Origin: the human T2T-CHM13v2.0 reference genome, Homo sapiens
Length of the DNA stretch: 64,000 bases
Strand: one strand, 5' to 3'
Assembly: GCF_009914755.1 (NCBI RefSeq)
Contig: NC_060933.1
The notes beneath the pieces are model-generated. The model had not been told where the DNA came from and did not search any database. It worked only from the letters and a program-made list of their open reading frames with translations. The position numbers and the translations under genes were made by a program. Below are positions 13,572 through 28,270 of the stretch, in pieces (positions within the stretch are counted from its first letter, which is position 1; each line of letters begins with the position of its first letter).

Positions 13572-13960
13572 ATTGCACTCGGGTTGATTCCATTCCATGG
13601 CATTCCATTCCATTCCATTCCATTCCATTCCATTCCGTTCCATTCCATTTCATTACATTCAGATTGATTCTATTCAATTCCCTTACACTCCATTATATTC
13701 CAATCCATTCTGGTTGTCTCCATTCCATTCCATTCAATTTCACTCCATTCCATTGCACTCGGGTTGATTCCATTCCATTGCATTCCATTCCATTCCATTC
13801 CATTCCATTCCATTCCATTCCATTCCATTCCGTTCCATTCCATTTCATTACATTCAGATTGATTCTATTGAATTCCCTTACACTCCATTATATTCCAATC
13901 CATTCTGGTTGTCTCCATTCCATTCCATTCCATTTCACTCCATTCCATTGCACTCGGGTT
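13572..13960. repeat. Tandem duplication, ~180-195 bp unit x2
   Basis: cattacattcagattg at 13651 and 13846. The private variant tggttgtCtcc occurs at 13711 and 13906 (elsewhere tggttgtTtcc). Confidence 0.85.
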
Positions 13961-15049
13961 GATTCCATTCCATTCCATTCCATTGCATTCCATTCCATTC
14001 CATTCCGGATGATTCCCTTCCATTGCATTCCATTCCTTTCCATTCCCCTGCACTCGGGTTGATTCCATTCCATTCCATTCCATTACATTCCGTTCCATTC
14101 CATTCCATTCCATTCGGATTGATTCTATTCAATTCCCTTACACTCCATTACATTCCATTCCATTCGGGTAGTTTCCATTCCATTCCATTCCATTCCTCTC
14201 CATTCCATTGCACTCGGGTTGATTCCATTCCATTCCATTCCATTCCATTCCATTCCATTCCATTCCATTCCATTACATTCCATTCCATTCCATTCCATTC
14301 CGTTCCATTGTACTCGGGTTGATTCCATTCCATTGCATTCCATTCCATTCCATTCCATTCCATTCCATTCCATTCCATTCCATTCCGTTCCATTCCATTA
14401 CATTCGGATTGATTCTGTTCAACTCCCTTACTCTCCATTACATTTCATTCCATTTGGGTTGTTCCATTCCATTCCATTCCATTCCACTCCATTCCATTGC
14501 GCTCGGGTTGATTCCATTCCATTCTATTCCATTCCATTCCATTCCATTCCATTCCATTCCATTCGGATGATTCCATTCCATTGCATTCCGTTCCATTACA
14601 TTCCCCTGCACTCGGGTTGATTCCATTCCATTCCATTCCATTCCATTCGATTCCATTCCATTCCAATTCTTTCCATTCCATTCTATTCCGTACCATTCCA
14701 TTCCATTCCATACAATTCCATTCCATTCCATTCCACTCCGTTCCGTTCCGTTCCGTTCTGTTCCGTTCCATTCCATTCCATTCCATTCTATTCGGTTTAA
14801 TTCCATTCCATTCCATTCCATTCCATTCCATTCTTTTCCATTCCATTGCAATCGAGTTGAATCCATTGCATTCCATTCTATTCCATTCCATTCCATTTCA
14901 TTCAATTCCGGAAGATTCCATTCCATTGCATTCCATTCCATTCCATTCCATTACATTCCATTCCTTTCCATTCCATTGTACTCGGGTTGATTCCATTCCA
15001 TTGCATTCCATTCCATTCCATTCCATTCCATTCCGTTCCATTCCATTGC

Positions 15050-18000
15050 ATTACATTCGGATTGATTCTTTTCAACTCCCTTACTCTCCATTACATTCCA
15101 TTCCATTCGGGTTGTTCCATTCCATTCCTTTCCATTCCACTCCATTCCATTGCACTCGGGTTGATTCCATTCCATTCCATTGCATTCCATTCCGGATGAT
15201 TCCATTCCATTGCATTCTGTTCCATTACGTTCCCCTGCACTCGGGTTGATTCCATTCCATTCCTTTCCATTCCATTCGATTCCATTCCATTCCCCTGCAC
15301 TCGCCTTGATTCCATTCCATTCCATTCCGTTCCAATGCATTCCATTCCATTCCTTTCCGTTCCATTCCATTCCATTCCGTTCCGTTCCATTCCATTCCAT
15401 TCCATTCTATTCGGGTTAATTCCATTCCATTCCATTCGATTGCAATCGAGTTGATTCCATTCCATTCCATTCCATTCCATTCCAGTCCTTTCCATTCCTT
15501 TCCATTCCATTACTGATGATTCCATTCCATTGCATTCCATTCCATTCCATTCCCCTGTATTCGGGTTGATTCCATTCCATTCCATTCCAGTCCATGCCAT
15601 TCCACTCGTGTAGATTCCATTCTTTCCTTTCCATTCAAGTTGAATCCATTCCATTGCATTCCATTCCATTTGATTCCATTCGATTGCACTCGGGTTGATT
15701 CCATTCCATTGCATTCCATTCCATTCCATTCCATTCCATTCCCTTCCATTCCACTCTGGTTGATTCCATTCCTTTCCATTCCACTCGAATACATTCCCTC
15801 CTATTCCACTCGGAATGATTCCATTCCATTCCATTCCATTCCATTCCATTCCATTCCATTCCATTCCATTCCATTTCGTTCCATTCCATTCTATTCCGTA
15901 TCATTCCATTCCGTTCCATTCCATTCCATTCCATTCCATTCCATTCCATTCCATTGTACTCGGGTTGATTCAATTCCTTTGCATTCCATTCCATTCCATT
16001 CCATTCCATTCCATTCCATTCCGTTGCATTCCATTCCATTACATTTGGATTGATTCTATTCAACTTCCTTACTCTCCATTACATTCCTTTCCATTCGGGT
16101 TGTTCCATTCCATTCCATTCCATTCCATTCCATTCCATTCCATTCCATTCCTTTCCGTTCCATTCCATTCCATTCCCTTCCATTCCGTTCCGTTCCATTC
16201 CATTCTATTCCATTCTATTCGGGTTAATTCCATTCCATTCCATTCGATTGCAATCGAGTTTATTCCTTTCCATTCCATTCCATTCCATTCCATTCCAGTC
16301 CTTTTCATTCCTTTCCATTCCATTACTGATGATTCCATTCCATGGCATTCCATTCCATTCCATTCCCCTGTACTCGGGTTGATTCCATTCCATTCCATTC
16401 CAATCCATGCCATTCCACTCGTGTTGATTCCATTATTTCCATTCCATTCAAGTTGAATCCATTCCATTGCATTCCATTGCATTCGATTCCATTCGATTGC
16501 ACTCGGGTTGATTCCATTCCAATGCATTCCATTCCATTCCATTCCATTCCATTCCATTCCATTCCATTCCGTTCCATTCCATTTCATTAGATTCAGATTG
16601 ATGCTATTCAATTCCCTTACTCTCCATTATATTCCAATCCATTCTGGTAGTTTCCATTCCATTCCATTCCATTTCACTCCATTCCATTGCACTCGGGTTG
16701 ATTCCATTCCATTCCATTCCATTGCATTCCATTCCATTCCATTCCGGATGATTCCATTCCATTGCATTCCATTCCATTCCATTCCCCTGCACTCGTGTTG
16801 ATTCCATTCCATTCCATTCCATTCCATTCCATTCCATTCCATTCCATTCCATTCGGATTGATTCTATTCAATTCCCTTACACTCCATTACATTCCATTCC
16901 ATTCCGGAAGTTTCCATTCCATTCCATTCCATTCCTCTCCATTCCATTGCACTCGGGTTGATTCCATTCCATTGCATTCCATTCCATTCCATTCCATTCC
17001 ATTCCATTCCATTCCATTCCATTCCGTTCCATTGTACTCGGGTTGATTCCATTCCATTGCATTCCATTCCATTCCATTGCATTCCATTCCATTCCATTCC
17101 CCTGCACTCGAGTTGATTCCATTCCATTCCATTCCATTCCATTCCATTCAATTCCATTCCATTACAATTCGTTCCATTCCATTCTAATCCGTACCATTCC
17201 ATTCCATTCCATTCCATTCCATACCATTCCATTCCATTCCATTCCATTCCATTCCGTTCCATTCCGTTCCATTCCATTCCTTTCCATTCTATTCGGATTA
17301 ATTCCATTCCATTCCATTCCATTCCATTCTATTCCATTCCATTGCAATCGAGTTGAATCCATTGCATTTCATTCCATTCCATTCCATTCCATTCCATTCC
17401 AGAAGATTCCATTCCATTGCATTCCATTCCATTCCATTCCCCTGCACTCGCGTGGATTCCATTCCATTCCATTCCATTCCATTCCATTCCATTCCGTTCC
17501 GTTCCATTCCATTCCATTCCATTCAATTCCATTCCGTTCCGTTCCATTCCATTCCATTCCATTCTATTCGGGTTAATTCCATTCCATTCCATTCGACTGC
17601 AATCGAGTTGATTCCATTCCATTCCATTCCATTCCATTCCATTCCATTCCTTTCCATTCCATTTCGGATGATTCCATTCCATTGCATTCCATTCCATTCC
17701 ATTCCCCTGTACTCAGGTTGATTCTATTCCATTCCATTCCAATCCATGCCATTCCACTCGTGTTGATTCCATTCTTTCCATTCCATTCAAGTTTAATCCA
17801 TTCCATTGCATTCCATTCCATTCGATTCCATTCGATTGCACTCGGGTTGATTCCATTCCATTGCATTCCATTCCATTCCATTCCATTCCATTCCATTCCG
17901 TTCCATTCCATTCCATTACATTCGGATTGATTCTATTCAATTCCCTTACACTCCATTACATTCCATTCCATTCGGGTAGTTTCCATTCCATTCCATTCCA

Positions 18001-21000
18001 TTCCTCTCCATTCCATTGCACTCGGGTTGATTCCATTCCATTGCATTCCATTCCATTCCATTCAATTCCATTCCGTTCCATTCCATTCCATTACATTCGG
18101 ATTGATTCTATTCAACTCCCTTACTCTCCATTACATTCCATTCCATTCGGGTTGTTCCATTCCATTCCATTCCATTCCACTCCATTGCATTGCACTCGGG
18201 TTGATTCCATTCAATTCCATTCCATTCCATTCCATTCCATTCCATTCCGGAAGATTCCATTCCATTGCATTCCATTCCATTCCATTCCCCTGCACTCGCG
18301 TTGATTCCATTCCATTCCATTCTATTCCATTCCATTCCCTTCCTTTCCGTTCCATTCCATTCCATTCCATTCCATTCCATTCCATTCCATTCTATTCGGG
18401 TTAATTCCATTCCATTCCATTCGATTGCAATCGAGTTGATTCCATTCCATTCCATTCCATTCCATTCCATTCCTTTCCTTTCCATTCCATTACGGATGAT
18501 TCCATTCCATTGCATTCCATTCCACTCCATTCCCCTGTACTCGGGTTGATTCCATTCCATTCCATTCCAATCCATGCCATTTCACTCGTGTTGATTCCAT
18601 TCTTTCCATTCCATTCAAGTTGAATCCATTCCATTGCATTCCATTCCATTCGATTCCATTCGATTGCACTCGGGTTGATTCCATTCCATTGCATTCCATT
18701 CCATTCCATTCCATTCCATTCCATTCCATTCCGTTCCATTCCATTCCATTACATTCGGATTGATTCTATTCAATTCCCTTACACTCCATTACATTCCATT
18801 CCATTCGGGTAGTTTCCATTCCATTCCATTCCATTCCTCTCCATTCCATTGCACTCGGGTTGATTCCATTCCATTGCATTCCATTCCATTCCATTCAATT
18901 CCATTCCGTTCCATTCCATTCCATTACATTCAGATTGATTCTATTCAACTCCCTTACTCTCCATTACATTCCATTCCATTCGGGTTGTTCCATTCCATTC
19001 CATTCCATTCCACTCCATTCCATTGCACTCGGGTTTATTCCATTCCATTCCATTCCATTCCATTCCATTCCATTCCGGAAGATTCCATTCCATTGCATTC
19101 CATTCCATTCCATTCCCCTGCACTCGCTTTGATTCCATTCCATACCGTTCCATTCCATTTTATTCCTTTCCGTTCCATTCCATTCCATTCCATTCCATTC
19201 CAATCCATTCCATTCCGTTCCGTTCCGTTCCATTCCATTCCATTCCATTCTATTCGGGTTAATTCCATTCCATTCCATTCGATTGCAATCGAGTTGATTC
19301 CATTCCATTCCATTCCATTCCATTCCATTCCATTCCTTTCCATTCCATTACGGATGATTCCATTCCATTGCATTCCATTCCATTCCATTCCCCTGTACTC
19401 GGTTTGATTCCATTCCATTCCATTCCAATCCATGCCATTCCACTCGTGTTGATTCCATTCTTTCCATTCCATTCAAGTTGAATCCATTCCATTGCATTCC
19501 ATTCCATTCCATTCCCCTGCAGTCGGGTTGTTTCCATTCCATTCCATTCTATTCCATTCCATTCCATTCCATTCCATTACATTACATTACATTACATTAC
19601 ATTCCGTTCCGTTGTACTCGGGTTGATTCCATTCCATTGCATTCCATTCCATTCCATTCCATTCCATTCCATTCCATTCCGTTCCATTCCATTACATTCG
19701 GATTGATTCTATTTAACTCCCTTACTCTCCATTACATTCCATTCCATTCGGGTTGTTCCATTCCATTCCATTCCATTCCACTCCATTCCATTGCGCTCGG
19801 GTTGATTCCATTCCATTCCATTCCATTCCATTCCATTCCATTCCATTACATTCCGGATGATTCTATTCCATTGCATTCCGTTCCATTACATTCCCCTGCA
19901 CTCGGGTTGATTCCATTCCATTCCATTCCATTCCATTCGATAGCATTCCATTCCAATTCTTTCCATTCCATTCTATTCCGTACCATTCCATTCCATTCCA
20001 TACAATTCCATTCCATTCCATTCCACTCCGTTCCGTTCCGTTCCGTTCTGTTCCGTTCCATTCCATTCCATTCCATTCTATTCGGTTTAATTCCATTCCA
20101 TTCCATTCCATGCCATTCCATTCTATTCCATTCTATTGCAATCGAGTTGAATCCATTGCATTCCATTCCATTCCATTCCATTGCATTCCATTCCATTCCA
20201 TTCCGGAAGATTCCATTCCATTGCATTCCATTCCATTCCATTCCATTCCATTCCATTCCATTCCATTCCATTCCATTCCATTCCATTGTACTCGGGTTGA
20301 TTCCATTCCATTGCATTCCATTCCATTCCATTCCATTCCATTCCATTCTGTTCCATTCCATTCGGATTGATTCTTTTCAACTCCCTTACTCTCCATTACA
20401 TTCCATTCCATTCGGGTTGTTCCATACCATTCCATTCCATTCCACTCCATTCCATTGCACTCGGGTTGATTCCATTCCATTCCATTCCATTCCATTCCGG
20501 ATGATTCCATTCCATTACATTCCGTTCCATTACATTCCCCTGCACTCGCGTTGATTCCATTCCATTCCATTCCATTCCTTTCCGTTCCATTCCATTCCAT
20601 TCCATTCCATTCCATTCCGTTCCGTTCCATTCCATTCCGTTCCACTCTATTCGGGTTAATTCCATTCCATTCCATTCGATTGAAATCGAGTTGATTCCAT
20701 TCCATTCCATTCCATTCCATTCCATTCCATTCCATTCCAGTCCTTTCCATTCCTTTCCATTCCATTACTGATGATTCCATTCCATTGCATTCCATTCCAT
20801 TCCATTCCCCTGTACTCGGGTTGATTCCATTCCATTCCATTCCAATCCATGCCATTCCACTCGTGTTGATTCCATTCTTTCCTTTCCATTCAAGTTGAAT
20901 CCATTCCATTGCATTCCATTGCATTCGATTCCATTCGATTGCACTCGGGTTGATTCCATTCCATTACATTCCATTCCATTCCATTCCATGCCATTCCGTT

Positions 21001-21660
21001 CCATTCCATTTCATTACATTCAGATTGATTCTTTTCAATTCCCTTAAACTCCATTATATTCCAATCCATTCTGGTTGTTTCCATTCCATTCCATTTCACT
21101 CCATTCCATTGCACTCGGGTTGATTCCATTCCATTCCATTCCATTGCATTCCATTCCATTCCATTCCGGATGATTCCATTCCATTGCATTCCGTTCCATT
21201 ACATTCCCCTGCACTCGCGTTGATTCCATTCCATTCCATTCCATTCCATTCAATTATTCAATTACATTCCATTACAATTCGTTCCATTCCATTCTATTCC
21301 GTACCATTCCATTCCATTCCATACCATTCCATTCCATTCCATTCCATTCCATTCCATTCCATTCCATTCCCCTGCACTCGGGTTGATTCCATTCCATTCC
21401 ATTCCATTACATTCCGTTCCATTCCATTCCATTCCATTCGGATTGATTCTATTCAATTCCCTTACACTCCATTACATTCCATTCCATTCGGGTAGTTTCC
21501 ATTCCATAACATTCCATTCCTCTCCATTCCATTGCACTCGGGTTGATTCCATTCCTTTCCATTCTATTCCATTCCATTACATTACATTCCATTCCATTCC
21601 GTTCCATTGTACTCGGGTTGATTCCATTCCATTGCATTCCATTCCATTCCGTTCCATTCC
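15050..21660. repeat. ~6.6-kb tandem duplication, copy 1
   Basis: Rare variants recur at offsets of 6591-6616 (ctcgccttga, gtgtagattcc, atttggattg, ccagaagatt, cgcgtggatt, cgatagca, caattattcaattac). Paired ORFs 15180/21791, 16050/22666, 19846/26442 and 21383/27974 show the same offsets. Confidence 0.93.
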
Positions 21661-24600
21661 ATTACATTCGGATTGATTCTTTTCAACTCCCTTACTCTCC
21701 ATTACATTCCATTCCATTCGGGTTGTTCCATTCCATTCCTTTCCATTCCACTCCATTCCATTGCACTCGGGTTGATTCCATTCCATTCCATTGCATTCCA
21801 TTCCGGATGATTCCATTCCATTGCATTCTGTTCCATTACGTTCCCCTGCACTCGGGTTGATTCCATTCCATTCCTTTCCATTCCATTCGATTCCATTCCA
21901 TTCCCCTGCACTCGCCTTGATTCCATTCCATTCCATTCCGTTCCAATGCATTCCATTCCATTCCTTTCCGTTCCATTCCATTCCATTCCGTTCCGTTCCA
22001 TTCCATTCCATTCCATTCTATTCGGGTTAATTCCATTCCATTCCATTCGATTGCAATCGAGTTGATTCCATTCCATTCCATTCCATTCCATTCCAGTCCT
22101 TTCCATTCCTTTCCATTCCATTACTGATGATTCCATTCCATTGCATTCCATTCCATTCCATTCCCCTGTATTCGGGTTGATTCCATTCCATTCCATTCCA
22201 GTCCATGCCATTCCACTCGTGTAGATTCCATTCTTTCCTTTCCATTCAAGTTGAATCCATTCCATTGCATTCCATTCCATTTGATTCCATTCGATTGCAC
22301 TCGGGTTGATTCCATTCCATTGCATTCCATTCCATTCCATTCCATTCCATTCCCTTCCATTCCACTCTGGTTGATTCCATTCCTTTCCATTCCACTCGAA
22401 TACATTCCCTCCTATTCCACTCGGAATGATTCCATTCCATTCCATTCCATTCCATTCCATTCCATTCCATTCCATTCCATTCCATTCCATTTCGTTCCAT
22501 TCCATTCTATTCCGTATCATTCCATTCCGTTCCATTCCATTCCATTCCATTCCATTCCATTCCATTCCATTGTACTCGGGTTGATTCAATTCCTTTGCAT
22601 TCCATTCCATTCCATTCCATTCCATTCCATTCCATTCCGTTGCATTCCATTCCATTACATTTGGATTGATTCTATTCAACTTCCTTACTCTCCATTACAT
22701 TCCTTTCCATTCGGGTTGTTCCATTCCATTCCATTCCATTCCATTCCATTCCATTCCATTCCATTCCTTTCCGTTCCATTCCATTCCATTCCCTTCCATT
22801 CCGTTCCGTTCCATTCCATTCTATTCCATTCTATTCGGGTTAATTCCATTCCATTCCATTCGATTGCAATCGAGTTTATTCCTTTCCATTCCATTCCATT
22901 CCATTCCATTCCAGTCCTTTTCATTCCTTTCCATTCCATTACTGATGATTCCATTCCATGGCATTCCATTCCATTCCATTCCCCTGTACTCGGGTTGATT
23001 CCATTCCATTCCATTCCAATCCATGCCATTCCACTCGTGTTGATTCCATTATTTCCATTCCATTCAAGTTGAATCCATTCCATTGCATTCCATTGCATTC
23101 GATTCCATTCGATTGCACTCGGGTTGATTCCATTCCAATGCATTCCATTCCATTCCATTCCATTCCATTCCATTCCATTCCATTCCGTTCCATTCCATTT
23201 CATTAGATTCAGATTGATGCTATTAAATTCCCTTACTCTCCATTATATTCCAATCCATTCTGGTAGTTTCCATTCCATTCCATTCCATTTCACTCCATTC
23301 CATTGCACTCGGGTTGATTCCATTCCATTCCATTCCATTGCATTCCATTCCATTCCATTCCGGATGATTCCATTCCATTGCATTCCATTCCATTCCATTC
23401 CCCTGCACTCGTGTTGATTCCATTCCATTCCATTCCATTCCATTCCATTCCATTCCATTCCATTCGGATTGATTCTATTCAATTCCCTTACACTCCATTA
23501 CATTCCATTCCATTCCGGAAGTTTCCATTCCATTCCATTCCATTCCTCTCCATTCCATTGCACTCGGGTTGATTCCATTCCATTCCATTCCATTCCATTC
23601 CATTCCATTCCATTCCATTCCATTCCGTTCCATTGTACTCGGGTTGATTCCATTCCATTGCATTCCATTCCATTCCATTGCATTCCATTCCATTCCATTC
23701 CCCTGCACTCGAGTTGATTCCATTCCATTCCATTCCATTCCATTCCATTCAATTCCATTCCATTACAATTCGTTCCATTCCATTCTAATCCGTACCATTC
23801 CATTCCATTCCATTCCATTCCATACCATTCCATTCCATTCCATTCCATTCCATTCCGTTCAATTCCGTTCCATTCCATTCCTTTCCATTCTATTCGGATT
23901 AATTCCATTCCATTCCATTCCATTCCATTCTATTCCATTCCATTGCAATCGAGTTGAATCCATTGCATTTCATTCCATTCCATTCCATTCCATTCCATTC
24001 CAGAAGATTCCATTCCATTGCATTCCATTCCATTCCATTCCCCTGCACTCGCGTGGATTCCATTCCATTCCATTGCATTCCATTCCATTCCATTCCGTTC
24101 CGTTCCATTCCATTCCATTCCATTCAATTCCATTCCGTTCCGTTCCATTCCATTCCATTCCATTCTATTCGGTTTAATTCCATTCCATTCCATTCGACTG
24201 CAATCGAGTTGATTCCATTCCATTCCATTCCATTCCATTCCATTCCATTCCTTTCCATTCCATTTCGGATGATTCCATTCCATTGCATTCCATTCCATTC
24301 CATTCCCCTGTACTCAGGTTGATTCCATTCCATTCCATTCCAATCCATGCCATTCCACTCGTGTTGATTCCATTCTTTCCATTCCATTCAAGTTTAATCC
24401 ATTCCATTGCATTCCATTCCATTCGATTCCATTCGATTGCACTCGGGTTGATTCCATTCCATTGCATTCCATTCCATTCCATTCCATTCCGTTCCATTCC
24501 ATTCCATTACATTCGGATTGATTCTATTCAATTCCCTTACACTCCATTACATTCCATTCCATTCGGGTAGTTTCCATTCCATTCCATTCCATTCCTCTCC

Positions 24601-27600
24601 ATTCCATTGCACTCGGGTTGATTCCATTCCATTGCATTCCATTCCATTCCATTCAATTCCATTCCGTTCCATTCCATTCCATTACATTCGGATTGATTCT
24701 ATTCAACTCCCTTACTCTCCATTACATTCCATTCCATTCGGGTTGTTCCATTCCATTCCATTCCATTCCACTCCATTGCATTGCACTCGGGTTGATTCCA
24801 TTCAATTCCATTCCATTCCATTCCATTCCATTCCATTCCGGAAGATTCCATTCCATTGCATTCCATTCCATTCCATTCCCCTGCACTCGCGTTGATTCCA
24901 TTCCATTCCATTCTATTCCATTCCATTCCCTTCCTTTCCGTTCCATTCCATTCCATTCCATTCCATTCCATTCCATTCCATTCCATTCTATTCGGGTTAA
25001 TTCCATTCCATTCCATTCGATTGCAATCGAGTTGATTCCATTCCATTCCATTCCATTCCATTCCATTCCTTTCCTTTCCATTCCATTACGGATGATTCCA
25101 TTCCATTGCATTCCATTCCACTCCATTCCCCTGTACTCGGGTTGATTCCATTCCATTCCATTCCAATCCATGCCATTTCACTCGTGTTGATTCCATTCTT
25201 TCCATTCCATTCAAGTTGAATCCATTCCATTGCATTCCATTCCATTCGATTCCATTCGATTGCACTCGGGTTGATTCCATTCCATTGCATTCCATTCCAT
25301 TCCATTCCATTCCATTCCATTCCGTTCCATTCCATTCCATTACATTCGGATTGATTCTATTCAATTCCCTTACACTCCATTACATTCCATTCCATTCGGG
25401 TAGTTTCCATTCCATTCCATTCCATTCCTCTCCATTCCATTGCACTCGGGTTGATTCCATTCCATTGCATTCCATTCCATTCCATTCAATTCCATTCCGT
25501 TCCATTCCATTCCATTACATTCAGATTGATTCTATTCAACTCCCTTACTCTCCATTACATTCCATTCCATTCGGGTTGTTCCATTCCATTCCATTCCATT
25601 CCACTCCATTCCATTGCACTCGGGTTTATTCCATTCCATTCCATTCCATTCCATTCCATTCCATTCCATTCCATTCCGGAAGATTCCATTCCATTGCATT
25701 CCATTCCATTCCATTCCCCTGCACTCGCTTTGATTCCATTCCATACCGTTCCATTCCATTTTATTCCTTTCCGTTCCATTCCATTCCATTCCATTCCATT
25801 CCAATCCATTCCATTCCGTTCCGTTCCGTTCCATTCCATTCCATTCCATTCTATTCGGGTTAATTCCATTCCATTCCATTCGATTGCAATCGAGTTGATT
25901 CCATTCCATTCCATTCCATTCCATTCCATTCCATTCCTTTCCATTCCATTACGGATGATTCCATTCCATTGCATTCCATTCCATTCCATTCCCCTGTACT
26001 CGGTTTGATTCCATTCCATTCCATTCCAATCCATGCCATTCCACTCGTGTTGATTCCATTCTTTCCATTCCATTCAAGTTGAATCCATTCCATTGCATTC
26101 CATTCCATTCCATTCCCCTGCAGTCGGGTTGTTTCCATTCCATTCCATTCTATTCCATTCCATTCCATTCCATTCCATTCCATTACATTACATTACATTA
26201 CATTCCGTTCCGTTGTACTCGGGTTGATTCCATTCCATTGCATTCCATTCCATTCCATTCCATTCCATTCCATTCCGTTCCATTCCATTACATTCGGATT
26301 GATTCTATTTAACTCCCTTACTCTCCATTACATTCCATTCCATTCGGGTTGTTCCATTCCATTCCATTCCATTCCACTCCATTCCATTGCGCTCGGGTTG
26401 ATTCCATTCCATTCCATTCCATTCCATTCCATTCCATTCCATTACATTCCGGATGATTCTATTCCATTGCATTCCGTTCCATTACATTCCCCTGCACTCG
26501 GGTTGATTCCATTCCATTCCATTCCATTCCATTCGATAGCATTCCATTCCAATTCTTTCCATTCCATTCTATTCCGTACCATTCCATTCCATTCCATACA
26601 ATTCCATTCCATTCCATTCCACTCCGTTCCGTTCCGTTCCGTTCTGTTCCGTTCCATTCCATTCCATTCCATTCTATTCGGTTTAATTCCATTCCATTCC
26701 ATTCCATGCCATTCCATTCTATTCCATTCTATTGCAATCGAGTTGAATCCATTGCATTCCATTCCATTCCATTCCATTGCATTCCATTCCATTCCATTCC
26801 GGAAGATTCCATTCCATTGCATTCCATTCCATTCCATTCCATTCCATTCCATTCCATTCCATTCCATTCCATTCCATTCCATTGTACTCGGGTTGATTCC
26901 ATTCCATTGCATTCCATTCCATTCCATTCCATTCCATTCCATTCTGTTCCATTCCATTCGGATTGATTCTTTTCAACTCCCTTACTCTCCATTACATTCC
27001 ATTCCATTCGGGTTGTTCCATACCATTCCATTCCATTCCACTCCATTCCATTGCACTCGGGTTGATTCCATTCCATTCCATTCCATTCCATTCCGGATGA
27101 TTCCATTCCATTACATTCCGTTCCATTACATTCCCCTGCACTCGCGTTGATTCCATTCCATTCCATTCCATTCCTTTCCGTTCCATTCCATTCCATTCCA
27201 TTCCATTCCATTCCGTTCCATTCCATTCCATTCCGTTCCATTCTATTCGGGTTAATTCCATTCCATTCCATTCGATTGAAATCGAGTTGATTCCATTCCA
27301 TTCCATTCCATTCCATTCCATTCCATTCCATTCCAGTCCTTTCCATTCCTTTCCATTCCATTACTGATGATTCCATTCCATTGCATTCCATTCCATTCCA
27401 TTCCCCTGTACTCGGGTTGATTCCATTCCATTCCATTCCAATCCATGCCATTCCACTCGTGTTGATTCCATTCTTTCCTTTCCATTCAAGTTGAATCCAT
27501 TCCATTGCATTCCATTGCATTCGATTCCATTCGATTGCACTCGGGTTGATTCCATTCCATTACATTCCATTCCATTCCATTCCATTCCATTCCGTTCCAT

Positions 27601-28270
27601 TCCATTTCATTACATTCAGATTGATTCTTTTCAATTCCCTTAAACTCCATTATATTCCAATCCATTCTGGTTGTTTCCATTCCATTCCATTTCACTCCAT
27701 TCCATTGCACTCGGGTTGATTCCATTCCATTCCATTCCATTGCATTCCATTCCATTCCATTCCGGATGATTCCATTCCATTGCATTCCGTTCCATTACAT
27801 TCCCCTGCACTCGCGTTGATTCCATTCCATTCCATTCCATTCCATTCAATTATTCAATTACATTCCATTACAATTCGTTCCATTCCATTCTATTCCGTAC
27901 CATTCCATTCCATTCCATACCATTCCATTCCATTCCATTCCATTCCATTCCATTCCATTCCCCTGCACTCGGGTTGATTCCATTCCATTCCATTCCATTA
28001 CATTCCGTTCCATTCCATTCCATTCCATTCGGATTGATTCTATTCAATTCCCTTACACTCCATTACATTCCATTCCATTCGGGTAGTTTCCATTCCATAA
28101 CATTCCATTCCTCTCCATTCCATTGCACTCGGGTTGATTCCATTCCTTTCCATTCTATTCCATTCCATTACATTACATTCCATTCCATTCCGTTCCATTG
28201 TACTCGGGTTGATTCCATTCCATTGCATTCCATTCCATTCCGTTCCATTCCATTACATTCGGATTGATTC
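21661..28270. repeat. ~6.6-kb tandem duplication, copy 2
   Basis: Near-identical to 15050-21660. Differences are pentamer-count changes and scattered SNVs. Homology ends within attacattcggattgattct (~28252-28271). Confidence 0.93.
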
